DNA of 64,000 bases from Minisyncoccota bacterium (GCA_041659785.1 JBAZXO010000003.1:1099-65098); one strand, 5' to 3'; shown: positions 48,898-59,623, numbered from the stretch's first letter. Numbers and translations are program-made. The notes: generated by a model from the sequence alone, not told the origin.

Positions 48898-50496
48898 TTA
48901 TTTGACGTTGGACGTCTGAGATTCCTGACGTCCAACGTCTGGTTTAAGGATGACCTGATCCCCGTCTGAGAGTCCTGAAACAATTTCAGCTTGACCTAGA
49001 GAAGAAACACTTCCTATTACCACCTCCCTTTCTTCTATATTTTTACCAACTTTTACTTGTACAAATTTTTTACCAGCTTTATCCAAGATAACACCCCCAG
49101 GAACTACTATGACATTAGGTTTATCGAAGGTTATTATTGAAACGTTCGCCGTCATGCCTGATTTTATACGTTCATCTTTTTCATTAAACTGAAGTTTTAC
49201 TTTATAAGTAGAAACTCCGTCTCTTATTGTTTCTGCTGGATCTATCGAAACTACTTTTGCATTAAATAAAACACTACTACCGTATGCATCCAAGGTAACT
49301 TTTGCTTCATTATTTAATTTTATTACAGCAATATTCACTTCAGGGACGAAGCTCTCTATCTGGAAAGTTCCCACGCTCATCATCTGAACCAAGGGAGCAT
49401 TAATGGAAGCAACTTCTCCGACTTTCGCATCTATTTTTGTTATTATTCCGCTAAAAGGCGCAATAATTAATGTCTTTTGCAAACTGGCCCTCGCATTGTC
49501 GACATTTGCTTGCGCGCTTTTCATTTGAGCAATCTGCATATCAATGTCTTCTTTTGTGGCGCCAGCCTGTTCAAGTTTCAAATTATTTTGTTTAGTCGTT
49601 AATTCAGATTGAGCATTTTTATATGAAGTAAAAGCCCCTGATAAATTTGAAACTGAAGTATCTATGGCAAGTCTAGCTGTCGATGTATCAGACTTCCAAG
49701 AACTTGGAATACTGCTACCATTTGAATACGAAGCACTTGGATTATTTGTAATTAAAGAAACCTCTGCCAAGAAATCTTTTAATTTATTCATATTGTTTCC
49801 TACTTCTAAAACATACCTATCTAGATCTGAACTGGAATCTATTTTAGCAATAGACTGTTTCCATAAATTGAGGATATTTCCAATAATAATTCTATCCTGA
49901 TTGACAGAGCCCAGAAGAGAACTATCGCTAACGAATATAACAATAGATGGATTACTTGAAGACGGATTATTGAAAAATTGATCAATCTTATTTTTTATGG
50001 CATCATCTGATTTTGTATATGCATCATTTATTGAATTAATAACACTTTCTCTTGCTTGATTAAAACTAGTCTGTGCACTCAAGACAGAAGATTCAGTAAT
50101 GGCGATTTGTTCACTCCTAGTTCCTAACTGTAAAGACTTCAAATTAAGTTGTTCTTTTTCAAGAATAGCTTCTTTTTGTGCCAGGTCAGCCTGTAAATCT
50201 CCATTTTCAACACTCGACAAAACTGAACCTGCATTTACGGTGTCACCAACTTTAACTCTAACAGAAGACACTCTTCCTCCCTGGGAAAAACCAAGACTAA
50301 CATCACTCGATGCTATGACATGTCCAGAGATAGAAACTTGATTCACAAAATCAGCATGACGGATAGCAACAATTTCTATTGTGTCTTTTTTGTTATTAAA
50401 AACAAAAATTCCACTAATAATTAAAATTGTGATAATAGCATAAATAACGTATTTTTTATCTTTTAAGAAAGACAAAATCTTATTTAAAAAAGTCAT
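48898..50496 (-). CDS. Efflux periplasmic adaptor / HlyD-MacA family
   Basis: V.VKVGD.V.AG lipoyl half-motif, coiled coil, IIAPFSGII, IKSGMTANV. Confidence 0.88.
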   Translation of the reverse strand: MTFLNKILSFLKDKKYVIYAIITILIISGIFVFNNKKDTIEIVAIRHADFVNQVSISGHVIASSDVSLGFSQGGRVSSVRVKVGDTVNAGSVLSSVENGDLQADLAQKEAILEKEQLNLKSLQLGTRSEQIAITESSVLSAQTSFNQARESVINSINDAYTKSDDAIKNKIDQFFNNPSSSNPSIVIFVSDSSLLGSVNQDRIIIGNILNLWKQSIAKIDSSSDLDRYVLEVGNNMNKLKDFLAEVSLITNNPSASYSNGSSIPSSWKSDTSTARLAIDTSVSNLSGAFTSYKNAQSELTTKQNNLKLEQAGATKEDIDMQIAQMKSAQANVDNARASLQKTLIIAPFSGIITKIDAKVGEVASINAPLVQMMSVGTFQIESFVPEVNIAVIKLNNEAKVTLDAYGSSVLFNAKVVSIDPAETIRDGVSTYKVKLQFNEKDERIKSGMTANVSIITFDKPNVIVVPGGVILDKAGKKFVQVKVGKNIEEREVVIGSVSSLGQAEIVSGLSDGDQVILKPDVGRQESQTSNVK

Positions 50497-50555
50497 ACAA
50501 TATATATTATACTACAAAAAATTTATTCACAAACATAAGAAATCTTTTTAGAGAC

Positions 50556-50936
50556 TTAATTCTCAAAATTAATTTTGAAACCATACATACCCATACCACA
50601 CACACCAGAAAGAGGCTCACCCACTTTCGGTGTACCTAGATCAATTTCTGTCTCTCCATTTTGAGGTAAAATCTTTTGGAAATTAAGGGAATGAATGACT
50701 AGAGATGCTGAACAATCGAAGGTTCCGCTGGTTTGCATTATAAGCTTTGTCGGAATACCTGCTTTCGCTGTAGTAACTTTCGGAGAATAACCACCTCTGG
50801 CATTTACTCTTATGTATTGAACTCCATCTTTTATTTCTACATTCTGTCCATCACTCGAACCTTCCCCACCCATAAAAATAACACCCATAAAAACTACAAG
50901 GCCTAAGGTAACTATTGTTAAAGCTATTTTGTTCAT
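50556..50936 (-). CDS. Cupredoxin-like domain protein
   Basis: GGYSP..T.AKAG.P, FDCS, CGMGMY. Confidence 0.8.
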   Translation of the reverse strand: MNKIALTIVTLGLVVFMGVIFMGGEGSSDGQNVEIKDGVQYIRVNARGGYSPKVTTAKAGIPTKLIMQTSGTFDCSASLVIHSLNFQKILPQNGETEIDLGTPKVGEPLSGVCGMGMYGFKINFEN

Positions 50937-50957
50937 AAATAAAAAATTAAATCAAAC

Positions 50958-51980
50958 TTAAATACTGAATAATGGATTAATAATACCTACTCCCGCAAGA
51001 CCAGCAAGAAGTGCAAATATACCAAGACCTATTACGACAATACCCGCGGATTTAAAGAAAAGTGGCGCATGTTTCGAATGCGCAAATGATGCTGAACCAA
51101 ATGACACCAATGCAAGCATTGGTAAAGTTCCCAAGGAAAAAGAAAACATAATTAAACATCCAGAAATAAATGATCCACTAGATAATGCAGCTACTTGCAT
51201 TGATTGTGTAAAACCACAAGGCAAGAAAAAAGTGCCCAATCCAATAAGAAGTGGCGCCCAAAAAGCATGTTCTACTTTTCTAAAAAAAGAAAATAAATTA
51301 CTAGGTAATGTAAATGTATTTTTTTTAAATACTCCGACAAGATTAAGTCCGAGTAGAATCATCACGGTAGAAGCGAGCAATCCAAGTATTGCAGAAAACA
51401 TAAAATTTATTCCAATTGCTTTTCCAAGCAACCCAAGAATACCACCGAGCAAAGCAAAACCAAACAATCTTCCAGCATGAAATAAAATGAATGGTTTCTT
51501 CGTTATCCCTTTATCATCTTGTTCTATTTTCGCTGATAAGGATAAAACAAGCCCACCTACTATAGCGAGACAACTAGAAACTGAAGCGATCAGGCCAATA
51601 ATAAAACTCGCTTGTGGTGTTGTCCTACCCCCGATGCCGAGATTGAGAATTCCTGATTTTTGCAACATAAAAAAGAGAGCTAAAAATGCAAGTCCTATGG
51701 GTAAAGCTTTCCAAATTAAATCATCATTTTTAACCTCTGTTATCACTTTCTCCACCGAAAGAGTATATCCATTCCCTTTTATTTTACTCGTAAGAATAGC
51801 AGCCAATTCTTCCGCGCTCTCTTCGCTTTCAGTTTCAATTTCGACAATTTCTTTCTTTAAATCAACATGTGGATTTTTTACAAAATCTTGCCCACCTAAA
51901 ATATCTTCAATCAAGATTTTACATGACGCACAATGAGTTCCAGCAACATGGAATATGTATTTTTTTTGTTTTATTTCCAT
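50958..51980 (-). CDS. HMA domain + TauE/DsbD_2-type membrane protein
   Basis: GTHCASC; SSCLAIVGG; FHAGRL; FFLPCGFTQ. Confidence 0.85.
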   Translation of the reverse strand: MEIKQKKYIFHVAGTHCASCKILIEDILGGQDFVKNPHVDLKKEIVEIETESEESAEELAAILTSKIKGNGYTLSVEKVITEVKNDDLIWKALPIGLAFLALFFMLQKSGILNLGIGGRTTPQASFIIGLIASVSSCLAIVGGLVLSLSAKIEQDDKGITKKPFILFHAGRLFGFALLGGILGLLGKAIGINFMFSAILGLLASTVMILLGLNLVGVFKKNTFTLPSNLFSFFRKVEHAFWAPLLIGLGTFFLPCGFTQSMQVAALSSGSFISGCLIMFSFSLGTLPMLALVSFGSASFAHSKHAPLFFKSAGIVVIGLGIFALLAGLAGVGIINPLFSI

Positions 51981-52017
51981 TAATTCATACTAGCACAAAT
52001 TTTGTAAATCAGAAATT

Positions 52018-52917
52018 TTATGCCCCGCAACCCACCCCATCCTTCTGTTCTTGTGGTTTTATTTGTGACATTACCTTTTGAATTCCAGAAACACTAGAAT
52101 ATTCAGGTCCTAAAATTTTCTTGGAATCAACTGTATTGAAGTCGACGCCTTGAGATGTCACAAGAGTTTTAATTGCCGCATATTGATCGGGGAACCAGAA
52201 AGTATTTACTTGTAGTGCAACTTTATACATATCTGCCTCAGACACACCCTCTGAAGCCATAAGCTCTAACAATCCAAGCATTGCCATGCCGTGATTGCAA
52301 TCAGGGAAATAAGTAGAATTATTGCAACATGGCCGATAAATGTTTTTTGCCACTCGCTCCACTAAAGCTTGCTGTTCTAATGTAAGAGTTACAAAAGAAT
52401 GCATACTGTAATGATCCATCGCTTTTCCGTTAGATAATGTCCATCCGCCAGTCGAGGCGAAGTTTCCCGCACCACCATATTTGGAATCCATCATCGGACC
52501 ACTTTCAAGAATAGAATTCTTATTTCCTAAACCAAAAGCCCAAAGCATATTTAACACTACTCCGGAGTTTTCAGAATTTATAACAAGGTTTCCATTATCA
52601 CTATCAGTCAATAATTTCTTGTCCGCTTCAGTTAGACCACCTCTCCCCACATATAGATTCTCAAACTTTGTTTGATCTATAACCCCAGCTTTTATCATTT
52701 TAAGACCAGTATCTCCCCATTTTACCGGCAACTCAATATCATTCTGTAGGGAAATTTTATTTTGTGAATTTAATCTCACGGGGTGCCACAAAATTTCTTG
52801 GTTTTTTGATCTTATCGTATAAATAGTAGCTACTAAAATTAAAGCTATTACAATAATAGCACTCACTATTGGAGACAAGTTATTTTCTTTTATTTCATCA
52901 TTTGTTTCGTTTTCCAT
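52018..52917 (-). CDS. Hypothetical membrane-anchored Cys/His-rich protein
   Basis: RPCCNNST.FPDCNHGMA; C-terminal GCGA. Confidence 0.7.
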   Translation of the reverse strand: MENETNDEIKENNLSPIVSAIIVIALILVATIYTIRSKNQEILWHPVRLNSQNKISLQNDIELPVKWGDTGLKMIKAGVIDQTKFENLYVGRGGLTEADKKLLTDSDNGNLVINSENSGVVLNMLWAFGLGNKNSILESGPMMDSKYGGAGNFASTGGWTLSNGKAMDHYSMHSFVTLTLEQQALVERVAKNIYRPCCNNSTYFPDCNHGMAMLGLLELMASEGVSEADMYKVALQVNTFWFPDQYAAIKTLVTSQGVDFNTVDSKKILGPEYSSVSGIQKVMSQIKPQEQKDGVGCGA

Positions 52918-52924
52918 ATTTTTA

Positions 52925-53575
52925 TTATTTTAATTCTCCAATTTTACCGAAGAGCATATCATTTGCTATCGCCATATTAGGATCATCAAATACGTATCGC
53001 ACCACAGCATTTTTATCGAGAACTACATATGTATGCCCAGGCAAAGCTCCTCTGTGCATCGAAGAAACTGTTGTTAACATACTAAGACTCCTAGAAACGT
53101 TCGCACCTGTGTCGAACATAGTTGTGGCTTTCGCAAGCTGTGGCATTTTAGCTATTGCTGTTTGCCAGTCTGTTGCAGAATCAACTACAATTGATATAGC
53201 CTGTATCTGATCGCTGTTGAACCTATTGTCAGCACCGAATGCTGCCATTTGATTCCAACAAGCTGGATAACACATTAAGCCTTCGTTGAAGAACAAGACT
53301 GTATTTTTTCCTTTCAAATCGGCAATTGTAAATACCTTTCCATCTTTATCTGCCAACTGAAAATCTGGCATAGTTTTTCCTATAAGAGAATTTAATGCAT
53401 CACTATTAGCTGCCATCGGCGAACCTCCATGCATATTATCAACGCCAGCAGTATTTAGAGCCTGTTTTTGTTGTATGTTTTCTGGTGAACTTTTGAATAA
53501 GAAATATCCAAATGCTAACACTACAACTGAAACGATAACTATCGTAACCACCAGTGAATTTTTATTTTTGTTCAT
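52925..53575 (-). CDS. Thioredoxin-fold (redoxin/AhpC-TSA-like) protein with CxxxC
   Basis: MPDFQL.D.DGK.F..ADLKGK..VLFF, CYPAC, TYVVLDK..VVRY. Confidence 0.8.
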   Translation of the reverse strand: MNKNKNSLVVTIVIVSVVVLAFGYFLFKSSPENIQQKQALNTAGVDNMHGGSPMAANSDALNSLIGKTMPDFQLADKDGKVFTIADLKGKNTVLFFNEGLMCYPACWNQMAAFGADNRFNSDQIQAISIVVDSATDWQTAIAKMPQLAKATTMFDTGANVSRSLSMLTTVSSMHRGALPGHTYVVLDKNAVVRYVFDDPNMAIANDMLFGKIGELK

Positions 53576-54431
53576 TTTTTTGTTTGTTAGATTGTTTAAT
53601 AAATAAGTAAGAAATACCGACGACTATCCCGACGAATATAAGTGCCCAAATGTACTCAGGAATCAAAGTAGTAAAACCATTGATTAAACCTAAAAATTTA
53701 GCATTCCATATATTCATTTCTAATTGATAACTTGAATGGCTAAATAACTTATTGCTAAAAGCCAAATAAGTTATATAACTACCCATCAAAAGAAATATTA
53801 ATCCAGAGATTAATTCTGAAATAATAATCCGCCAACTGTAACTACCAATTCTCATTGAGATAGTTTTATTTGCGTTAGTGAATTTATCGGTAAGATTTAC
53901 CTTATCGAGAAACATTGCAATTATAAATAATGGCAATGTCATACCCACCACATAGGCTAAGGTATAAAGCGCGCCCCAGACGATTGTACCGCTTGTGGCG
54001 GATAGCATTAGCACTCCAGCCAACACCGGAGCACAACAAGTCGTGGCTATCGCAGAGAAAATTCCTAGAACATAGATTGACCAAACATTTCTTTTCATTT
54101 CTCCACCACGAACAGAAAAAGGAAGAGAAAATTTCTTACCCAAGAGCATTGTTATGCCAAGTAAGACAAGAAAGATTCCGCCAACTGTAAATATTGTACT
54201 GTGATACTTACTGAATAATTGCGCCAAGAAAGAAGCGCCAAGTCCTATGGGAAGAAATATGGTCAGAATTCCTAGAAAAAATATAAATGTCATAAAGAAA
54301 ATTTTATATTTTTCTCTAAAAATGTTTCCTAGATAAGACGGGAGAAGTACTGTAATACAACACGGGGCAAATAGTGCAGCCACCCCTGCTACGAATGCCG
54401 CTATTAATGATGTTCCTATTAATGTTTCCAT
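53562..54431 (-). CDS. CcdA/DsbD-family thiol-disulfide transporter
   Basis: AFVAG...FAPCC...LP.YL; TTCCAPVL. Confidence 0.85.
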   Translation of the reverse strand: METLIGTSLIAAFVAGVAALFAPCCITVLLPSYLGNIFREKYKIFFMTFIFFLGILTIFLPIGLGASFLAQLFSKYHSTIFTVGGIFLVLLGITMLLGKKFSLPFSVRGGEMKRNVWSIYVLGIFSAIATTCCAPVLAGVLMLSATSGTIVWGALYTLAYVVGMTLPLFIIAMFLDKVNLTDKFTNANKTISMRIGSYSWRIIISELISGLIFLLMGSYITYLAFSNKLFSHSSYQLEMNIWNAKFLGLINGFTTLIPEYIWALIFVGIVVGISYLFIKQSNKQKNEQK

Positions 54432-54497
54432 ATAATTTTTTTGATATATTCCCCACTAGGCGGGGCAAGTTATTAATTTAAGTAAAAAAATAGTAAA

Positions 54498-54520
54498 AAA
54501 TATCCCTTTGAGGGATATTT
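54498..54520 (-). terminator. Hairpin, likely terminator (or secondary operator)
   Basis: AAATATCCCT-ttg-AGGGATATTT followed by T run on minus strand. Confidence 0.45.
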
Positions 54521-54559
54521 AAATAGCACGAAAAAGCGCATGCTTAATACGTGCCAATA

Positions 54560-54952
54560 TTAGAAAGCTGGACTATTCTCTAAGAGAGATAACCACCCAA
54601 TGATTCTATTTTGATAAGAATAGAATTTCTTATTATCAAGATAATATCTCCATTTATAAAAATACTGTTTTTGATTTAAAAAGTTTTCTTTACTGAAAAA
54701 ATATAAAAATATTCCTAACGCAAGAAAAGATAGTAAAAACAATGAAGGAAAAACTACATTTGAAAATTGGTGCCAATCGTTTATATGATCGATGCTATTG
54801 TCGCATACTGAAGAGCCATTTAGAGCATAAGGACAATTTGCCATAGGGGTAGAATTCATGTGGTTAAATTTAAACAAACCAAAAACTCCTATGCCTATGT
54901 ATGCAAGTAAAATAAAAAGACCTATAAATAATTTTGTTTTACGAAAATTCAT
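54560..54952 (-). CDS. Hypothetical membrane protein
   Basis: Two TM segments; HM...M..CPY.....VC....DHI..W. Confidence 0.65.
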   Translation of the reverse strand: MNFRKTKLFIGLFILLAYIGIGVFGLFKFNHMNSTPMANCPYALNGSSVCDNSIDHINDWHQFSNVVFPSLFLLSFLALGIFLYFFSKENFLNQKQYFYKWRYYLDNKKFYSYQNRIIGWLSLLENSPAF

Positions 54953-54957
54953 ATTTA

Positions 54958-55086
54958 TTATTTATTGATTTGTTTGAAAAGCCAGATGCCGAGCAAAATC
55001 AAGTCAACCATCACCACCAAGGCGACGATATAACCAAATCCTCCGCCCATCATCCCGCTATATCCATTTCCATAATATCCCATCAT
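54958..55086 (-). CDS. Small Met/Gly-rich single-TM protein (42 aa), absent from ORF track
   Basis: MMGYYGNGYSGMMGGGFGYIVALVVMVDLILLGIWLFKQINK*; TGaTATAAT 6 nt upstream. Confidence 0.7.
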   Translation of the reverse strand: MMGYYGNGYSGMMGGGFGYIVALVVMVDLILLGIWLFKQINK

Positions 55087-55122
55087 ATAATCATTATATC
55101 ATATTATTTATAAATTCGACTT

Positions 55123-57468
55123 TTATAATTTCTTACTTTTAATACGTAATGAATTTCCGACTACCGACACAGAGGACATTGCCATGGCGAACCCTGCAAA
55201 TACCGGTGAAAGCAACCAACCGAATATCGGATAAAACAATCCTGCGGCAAGAGGAATACCAACAACATTATAAAAGAATGCCCAGAAAAGATTCTGCTTT
55301 ATTCCGAGCATTGTTATCCTCGAAAGTTTTATTGCTTTTACAAGCTTTGAAATATCTCCACCGAGAAGCGTAATGCCTGCTGATTCGATAGCCACATCCG
55401 TACCCGTCGCCATGGCAATACCCACATCTGCTTGCGCAAGAGCAGGAGCATCATTTACTCCGTCCCCTGCCATAGCTACAACCTTTCCTTCCGACTGAAG
55501 TTCTTTTATTTTGTTTAGTTTATCTTCCGGCATTGCCTCCGCTACAATTTCATCAATACCAATAAGTTTTGAAATATAGTTTGCTGTATTTTTATTGTCT
55601 CCAGTAAGCATTACAATTTTTATGCCAAGCTTGTGGAGATTTTTCACCGCTTCAATTGCTTCAGGCTTTATAGCGTCAGCTATCATAAATATCCCTAATA
55701 CCGAACTTTTATCTGTGAGAATAACGGGTGTCTTGCCTTCTAATGTTTCTTTCTCTAATAACTCACGATCAAAATTTAATTTTAGATCTTCAACTAATTT
55801 TGTATTACCGGCAAAATATTCTGTACCATTAAATGTTCCTCTTAATCCTTTGCCTTTTATAATTTCAAAATTTGAGATCTCATCGATTTTTATGTTTTTA
55901 CTTGCCCCGCCGTGGCGTGGGTCTTTTGCGTAATTAATTATTGCATGAGCAATAGGATGTTCTGATTTATTTTCCAACATTGTAAGGATTGAAACAATTT
56001 CATTATCCGTTTTATTTGAAAAATTCTTAATTGAAATGAGTTCTGGGCGCCCGTTAGTTAAGGTTCCAGTTTTGTCTACTACGACGACGTTTACTTTATG
56101 CAATTTCTGAAGTGTTGCTGCATCTTTGATTAAAATTCCTTCTTTCGCTCCTTTACCTACACCCACAATAATAGCTGTAGGAGTCGCGAGTCCAAGTGCA
56201 CACGGACAGGCAATAACAAGTATACCTACGAAGGAAACTAAGCCGAAAGAAAGTGCTTGAGAGAAACCTAAATATTGCGTTCCAAGAATAAGCCATAAAC
56301 CAAGCGTAACAATGGCTATGCCTAAAACGATAGGCACAAAAACACTTGATATTTTATCAGCTAATGCCTGTATCGGCGCCTTGCTGCCTTGCGCTTCTTC
56401 TACCATCTTTACTATATGAGCAAGAAGAGTTTCCCCGCCGACTTTTGTCGCCTTAAAAGTAAAAGAACCCGTAGTATTTATCGTCCCAGACACAACATTA
56501 TCACCTTCTTTTTTTTCTACTGGCATCGGCTCGCCTGTCACCATTGATTCATCTACATAAGATACGCCAGATACAACAACGCCATCTACTGGAATTTTGC
56601 CAGCTGGTTTTACTACAATTAAATCTCCATGAACCACTTCTCCTATGGGTATTTCAATCTCTTTCTCATCTCTAATCACAAGAGCTGTCTTTGCTTGTAA
56701 ATTTAAAAGTTTTTCTATTGCATCTCCAGTTTTTAGTTTTGATCGTGTTTCAAGATATTTACCAAGAGTGATAAAAGCGATGACCACGATAGCCACATCA
56801 TAATAACTTTGATTAACATTTAAAAAGGGTTTAAGGCTTTCTTCGAAAGCGCTAAGGATAAAACTATAAAGCATAGCGACAGAAGTACCGAGGCCAATGA
56901 GTGTATCCATGTTGGCTTTTCCATAACGTAAAAATCTGTACAAACCAAGTAAGTATGGTTTCCCCACTACGAACAGAGTATAGGTAGCGAGTATTGGTAA
57001 AAGATGATGGAAAAATTCACTCCAGAAATAAGACATCTCCGTGACAAGGTTAAACCTTGTCAAAATATCCCAAGTCATTACAAAAATACTAATGATGACA
57101 ATAGGAATAAGGGAAAAGAGTTTATTCCTCATTTCTTTTAATTCTGCAAGTTTTTCTTTTTTTGTTTGATTAAGTCCGAGGTGTTCGGCATGTTCACTTT
57201 CACTCATGCCCATTTCGCTCGCAGTCATCTCACCATGATCCATTTTATTATCATCCTGATTTGCAACTATAGTGTAGCCAAGGTGTTCTAATTTCTTATT
57301 AAATTGATCAAGATTCGTTTTACTCTCATCGAAAGAAATTTTTGCATTTTCGGTACCTGGATTAACAGATATATCCTCTACTCCATCAATTTTTTTGACA
57401 GTTCTTTCTATTATACTGGCACATGAAGCACAGTGCATTCCTTTTACATTGTACGTTTCTTTTTTCAT
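55123..57468 (-). CDS. copA: Copper-translocating P1B-type ATPase
   Basis: [43 protein letters not shown]. Confidence 0.93.
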   Translation of the reverse strand: MKKETYNVKGMHCASCASIIERTVKKIDGVEDISVNPGTENAKISFDESKTNLDQFNKKLEHLGYTIVANQDDNKMDHGEMTASEMGMSESEHAEHLGLNQTKKEKLAELKEMRNKLFSLIPIVIISIFVMTWDILTRFNLVTEMSYFWSEFFHHLLPILATYTLFVVGKPYLLGLYRFLRYGKANMDTLIGLGTSVAMLYSFILSAFEESLKPFLNVNQSYYDVAIVVIAFITLGKYLETRSKLKTGDAIEKLLNLQAKTALVIRDEKEIEIPIGEVVHGDLIVVKPAGKIPVDGVVVSGVSYVDESMVTGEPMPVEKKEGDNVVSGTINTTGSFTFKATKVGGETLLAHIVKMVEEAQGSKAPIQALADKISSVFVPIVLGIAIVTLGLWLILGTQYLGFSQALSFGLVSFVGILVIACPCALGLATPTAIIVGVGKGAKEGILIKDAATLQKLHKVNVVVVDKTGTLTNGRPELISIKNFSNKTDNEIVSILTMLENKSEHPIAHAIINYAKDPRHGGASKNIKIDEISNFEIIKGKGLRGTFNGTEYFAGNTKLVEDLKLNFDRELLEKETLEGKTPVILTDKSSVLGIFMIADAIKPEAIEAVKNLHKLGIKIVMLTGDNKNTANYISKLIGIDEIVAEAMPEDKLNKIKELQSEGKVVAMAGDGVNDAPALAQADVGIAMATGTDVAIESAGITLLGGDISKLVKAIKLSRITMLGIKQNLFWAFFYNVVGIPLAAGLFYPIFGWLLSPVFAGFAMAMSSVSVVGNSLRIKSKKL

Positions 57469-57735
57469 TTATTTACTCTTTAATTTATAAATTTTTAAAA
57501 TTTCATTAACTGGCTTACTTTCATCTCCGTGTTTGATTTGATGGATAACGTGCGTGGATAAATGATTTTCCAAAATTAAATCTTCAACTCCAGAGAGAGC
57601 TTTTCTTACTGCACTAGTTTGAGTGATGATATCAATGCAATATTTTTCTTTATCTACCATATCCTCTAGGCCCCTTATTTGCCCTTCAATAATTTTCAAG
57701 CGCCTTAATGCTTTATCTTTTATTCCATGTTTCAT
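57469..57735 (-). CDS. csoR: CsoR/RcnR-family metal-sensitive repressor
   Basis: RLKIIEGQIRGL, YCIDIITQ..AV, ENHLSTHV; start at MKHGIK. Confidence 0.88.
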   Translation of the reverse strand: MKHGIKDKALRRLKIIEGQIRGLEDMVDKEKYCIDIITQTSAVRKALSGVEDLILENHLSTHVIHQIKHGDESKPVNEILKIYKLKSK

Positions 57736-57741
57736 TAACCT

Positions 57742-57770
57742 AGCATATACCCCCTGGGGGTATATGTCAA
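57742..57770 (-). promoter_or_regulatory. Sigma70 promoter with overlapping CsoR-type operator
   Basis: TTGACA (57770-57765)-N17-TATGCT (57747-57742); perfect palindrome CATATACCCCC-t-GGGGGTATATG at 57744-57766. Confidence 0.9.
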
Positions 57771-57787
57771 GAAGCCACATCTATGTA

Positions 57788-59623
57788 TTATTCCACTGTC
57801 ACGCTCTTAGCTAAATTACGAGGTTTATCTACATCATTCCCCCTCTCTGTCGCTATGTAATACGCTAGAAGTTGCATTGGAACAAAAGCAAGAATTGGAG
57901 TTAACATTTCAAGAGTCTTTGGAATATAAATCACATCATCAGCAATATTTTTTAATTCTTTATTTCCTTCCGTAGTTAATGCAATAACACGTCCTCCACG
58001 AGCTTTAATTTGTTGAATACTACTTTTATTTTTTTCATACATACTATCTATGGGTGCTATAACAAGAGCTGAGAAGTTTTCATCAACAAGAGAGAGAGGT
58101 CCATGTTTAAGCTCAGTCGCATTAATTCCTTCTGCGTGAATATAAGAACATTCCTTAAGTTTTAAAGCTCCTTCCATTGCAGTACCGGCATTATATTTAC
58201 GCCCCAGATAAAAGAAATTTTTACTATTTTTATATTTCTTAGCAAGTTTTTTTATATCACTTTCATTTTTAAGAATTTTTTCAACAAGTGTTGGAAGTTT
58301 TTGTATTTCTTTTATAATTACCTGCCCTTTTGATTTTGAAAGATCCCTCATTCTACCTAAATAAATTGCAAACATAATTTGAAGCAAAACCTGTGAGGTC
58401 GATGCTTTAGTAGAAGCCACAGCCGTTTCTGGTCCTACATGATTATAAATACCAGCATCTACTTCCCGAGCGATACTTGAACCAATAACATTTACAATAC
58501 CAAATGTCATCATATTTTTGCGTTTAGCTTTTTTAACAGCATTTAAAGTGTCAGCTGTTTCTCCAGATTGAGATATAGCTAACAATCCTCCATTTTTGTT
58601 AATCGCTGAAGTACGATAAGTAAATTCTGAGCCATATTCAACTTTAGTTGGAATTCCGGCTAATTCTTCAAAAGCATATTCTCCAATCATCCCAGTAAAA
58701 CGTGCCGTACCCATCGCTGCAATAGTAAGACTCTGGAGATTTTTAAGTTCCTTTTCAAAAACTTCCAATCCACCAAATTTAATATTCCCTTCACTTGCAA
58801 TAAGGTGCCCAGCAATAGTTCTACGCAAGGATTCTGGTTGTTCAAAAATTTCTTTTAGCATAAAATGCTTATACCCACCCTTCTCTATTTCTTCGATTTT
58901 CATTTCAAGCTTTTGAATATAAGGATTTTTGATTTTATTTTGAATTGTTTTAATTACGAGTTTCTTATTTTTAATTATTGCCATTTCCCCATCCTCTAAA
59001 TACACAACTTTGTCTGTATATTCGATAATCGGAGTCGCATCTGAAGCAATAAAAAACTCATCGTTACCAAGTCCAACGACAACAGGACTGCCTACTTTCG
59101 CCACAACAACGGTATCAGGTTCATCTTTTGATAAAACTAAAATTGCATAAGCCCCCACTACTTCGAGAAGTGCTAGACGTACCGCTTCATCAATATTTAC
59201 TTTTGTATTCTTTTTTATATCTTCAATTAAATTTACTAAAACTTCTGTATCTGTATCGCTTTTAAATTTATAACCCTTCTTTATTAAAATTTCTTTTATC
59301 GCGAGATAATTTTCTATGATTCCATTGTGCACGATTACAATTTCTCCCGAGTTTGATAATTGAGGATGAGCATTTCTATCTGATGGAGCACCATGTGTCG
59401 CCCAGCGTGTATGGGCTATGCCAACCGCTCCCAACATATCTCTATTTTTAACAAAATTTTTCAACTCTGCGACTTTCCCTTTTTTCTTATATACAGAAAG
59501 AACACCAGCACCCAAGAGTGCGACTCCAGCAGAATCATAACCGCGATACTCTAAACGCTCTAACCCTTTTATTAGGATTCCATAAGCTTCTCTTTTTCCA
59601 ATATATCCGACAATGCCACACAT
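57788..59623 (-). CDS. glmS: Glutamine--fructose-6-phosphate aminotransferase
   Basis: MCGIVG, LEYRGYDSAG, HTRWATHG, SQSGETADT, PRNLAKSVTVE. Confidence 0.97.
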   Translation of the reverse strand: MCGIVGYIGKREAYGILIKGLERLEYRGYDSAGVALLGAGVLSVYKKKGKVAELKNFVKNRDMLGAVGIAHTRWATHGAPSDRNAHPQLSNSGEIVIVHNGIIENYLAIKEILIKKGYKFKSDTDTEVLVNLIEDIKKNTKVNIDEAVRLALLEVVGAYAILVLSKDEPDTVVVAKVGSPVVVGLGNDEFFIASDATPIIEYTDKVVYLEDGEMAIIKNKKLVIKTIQNKIKNPYIQKLEMKIEEIEKGGYKHFMLKEIFEQPESLRRTIAGHLIASEGNIKFGGLEVFEKELKNLQSLTIAAMGTARFTGMIGEYAFEELAGIPTKVEYGSEFTYRTSAINKNGGLLAISQSGETADTLNAVKKAKRKNMMTFGIVNVIGSSIAREVDAGIYNHVGPETAVASTKASTSQVLLQIMFAIYLGRMRDLSKSKGQVIIKEIQKLPTLVEKILKNESDIKKLAKKYKNSKNFFYLGRKYNAGTAMEGALKLKECSYIHAEGINATELKHGPLSLVDENFSALVIAPIDSMYEKNKSSIQQIKARGGRVIALTTEGNKELKNIADDVIYIPKTLEMLTPILAFVPMQLLAYYIATERGNDVDKPRNLAKSVTVE

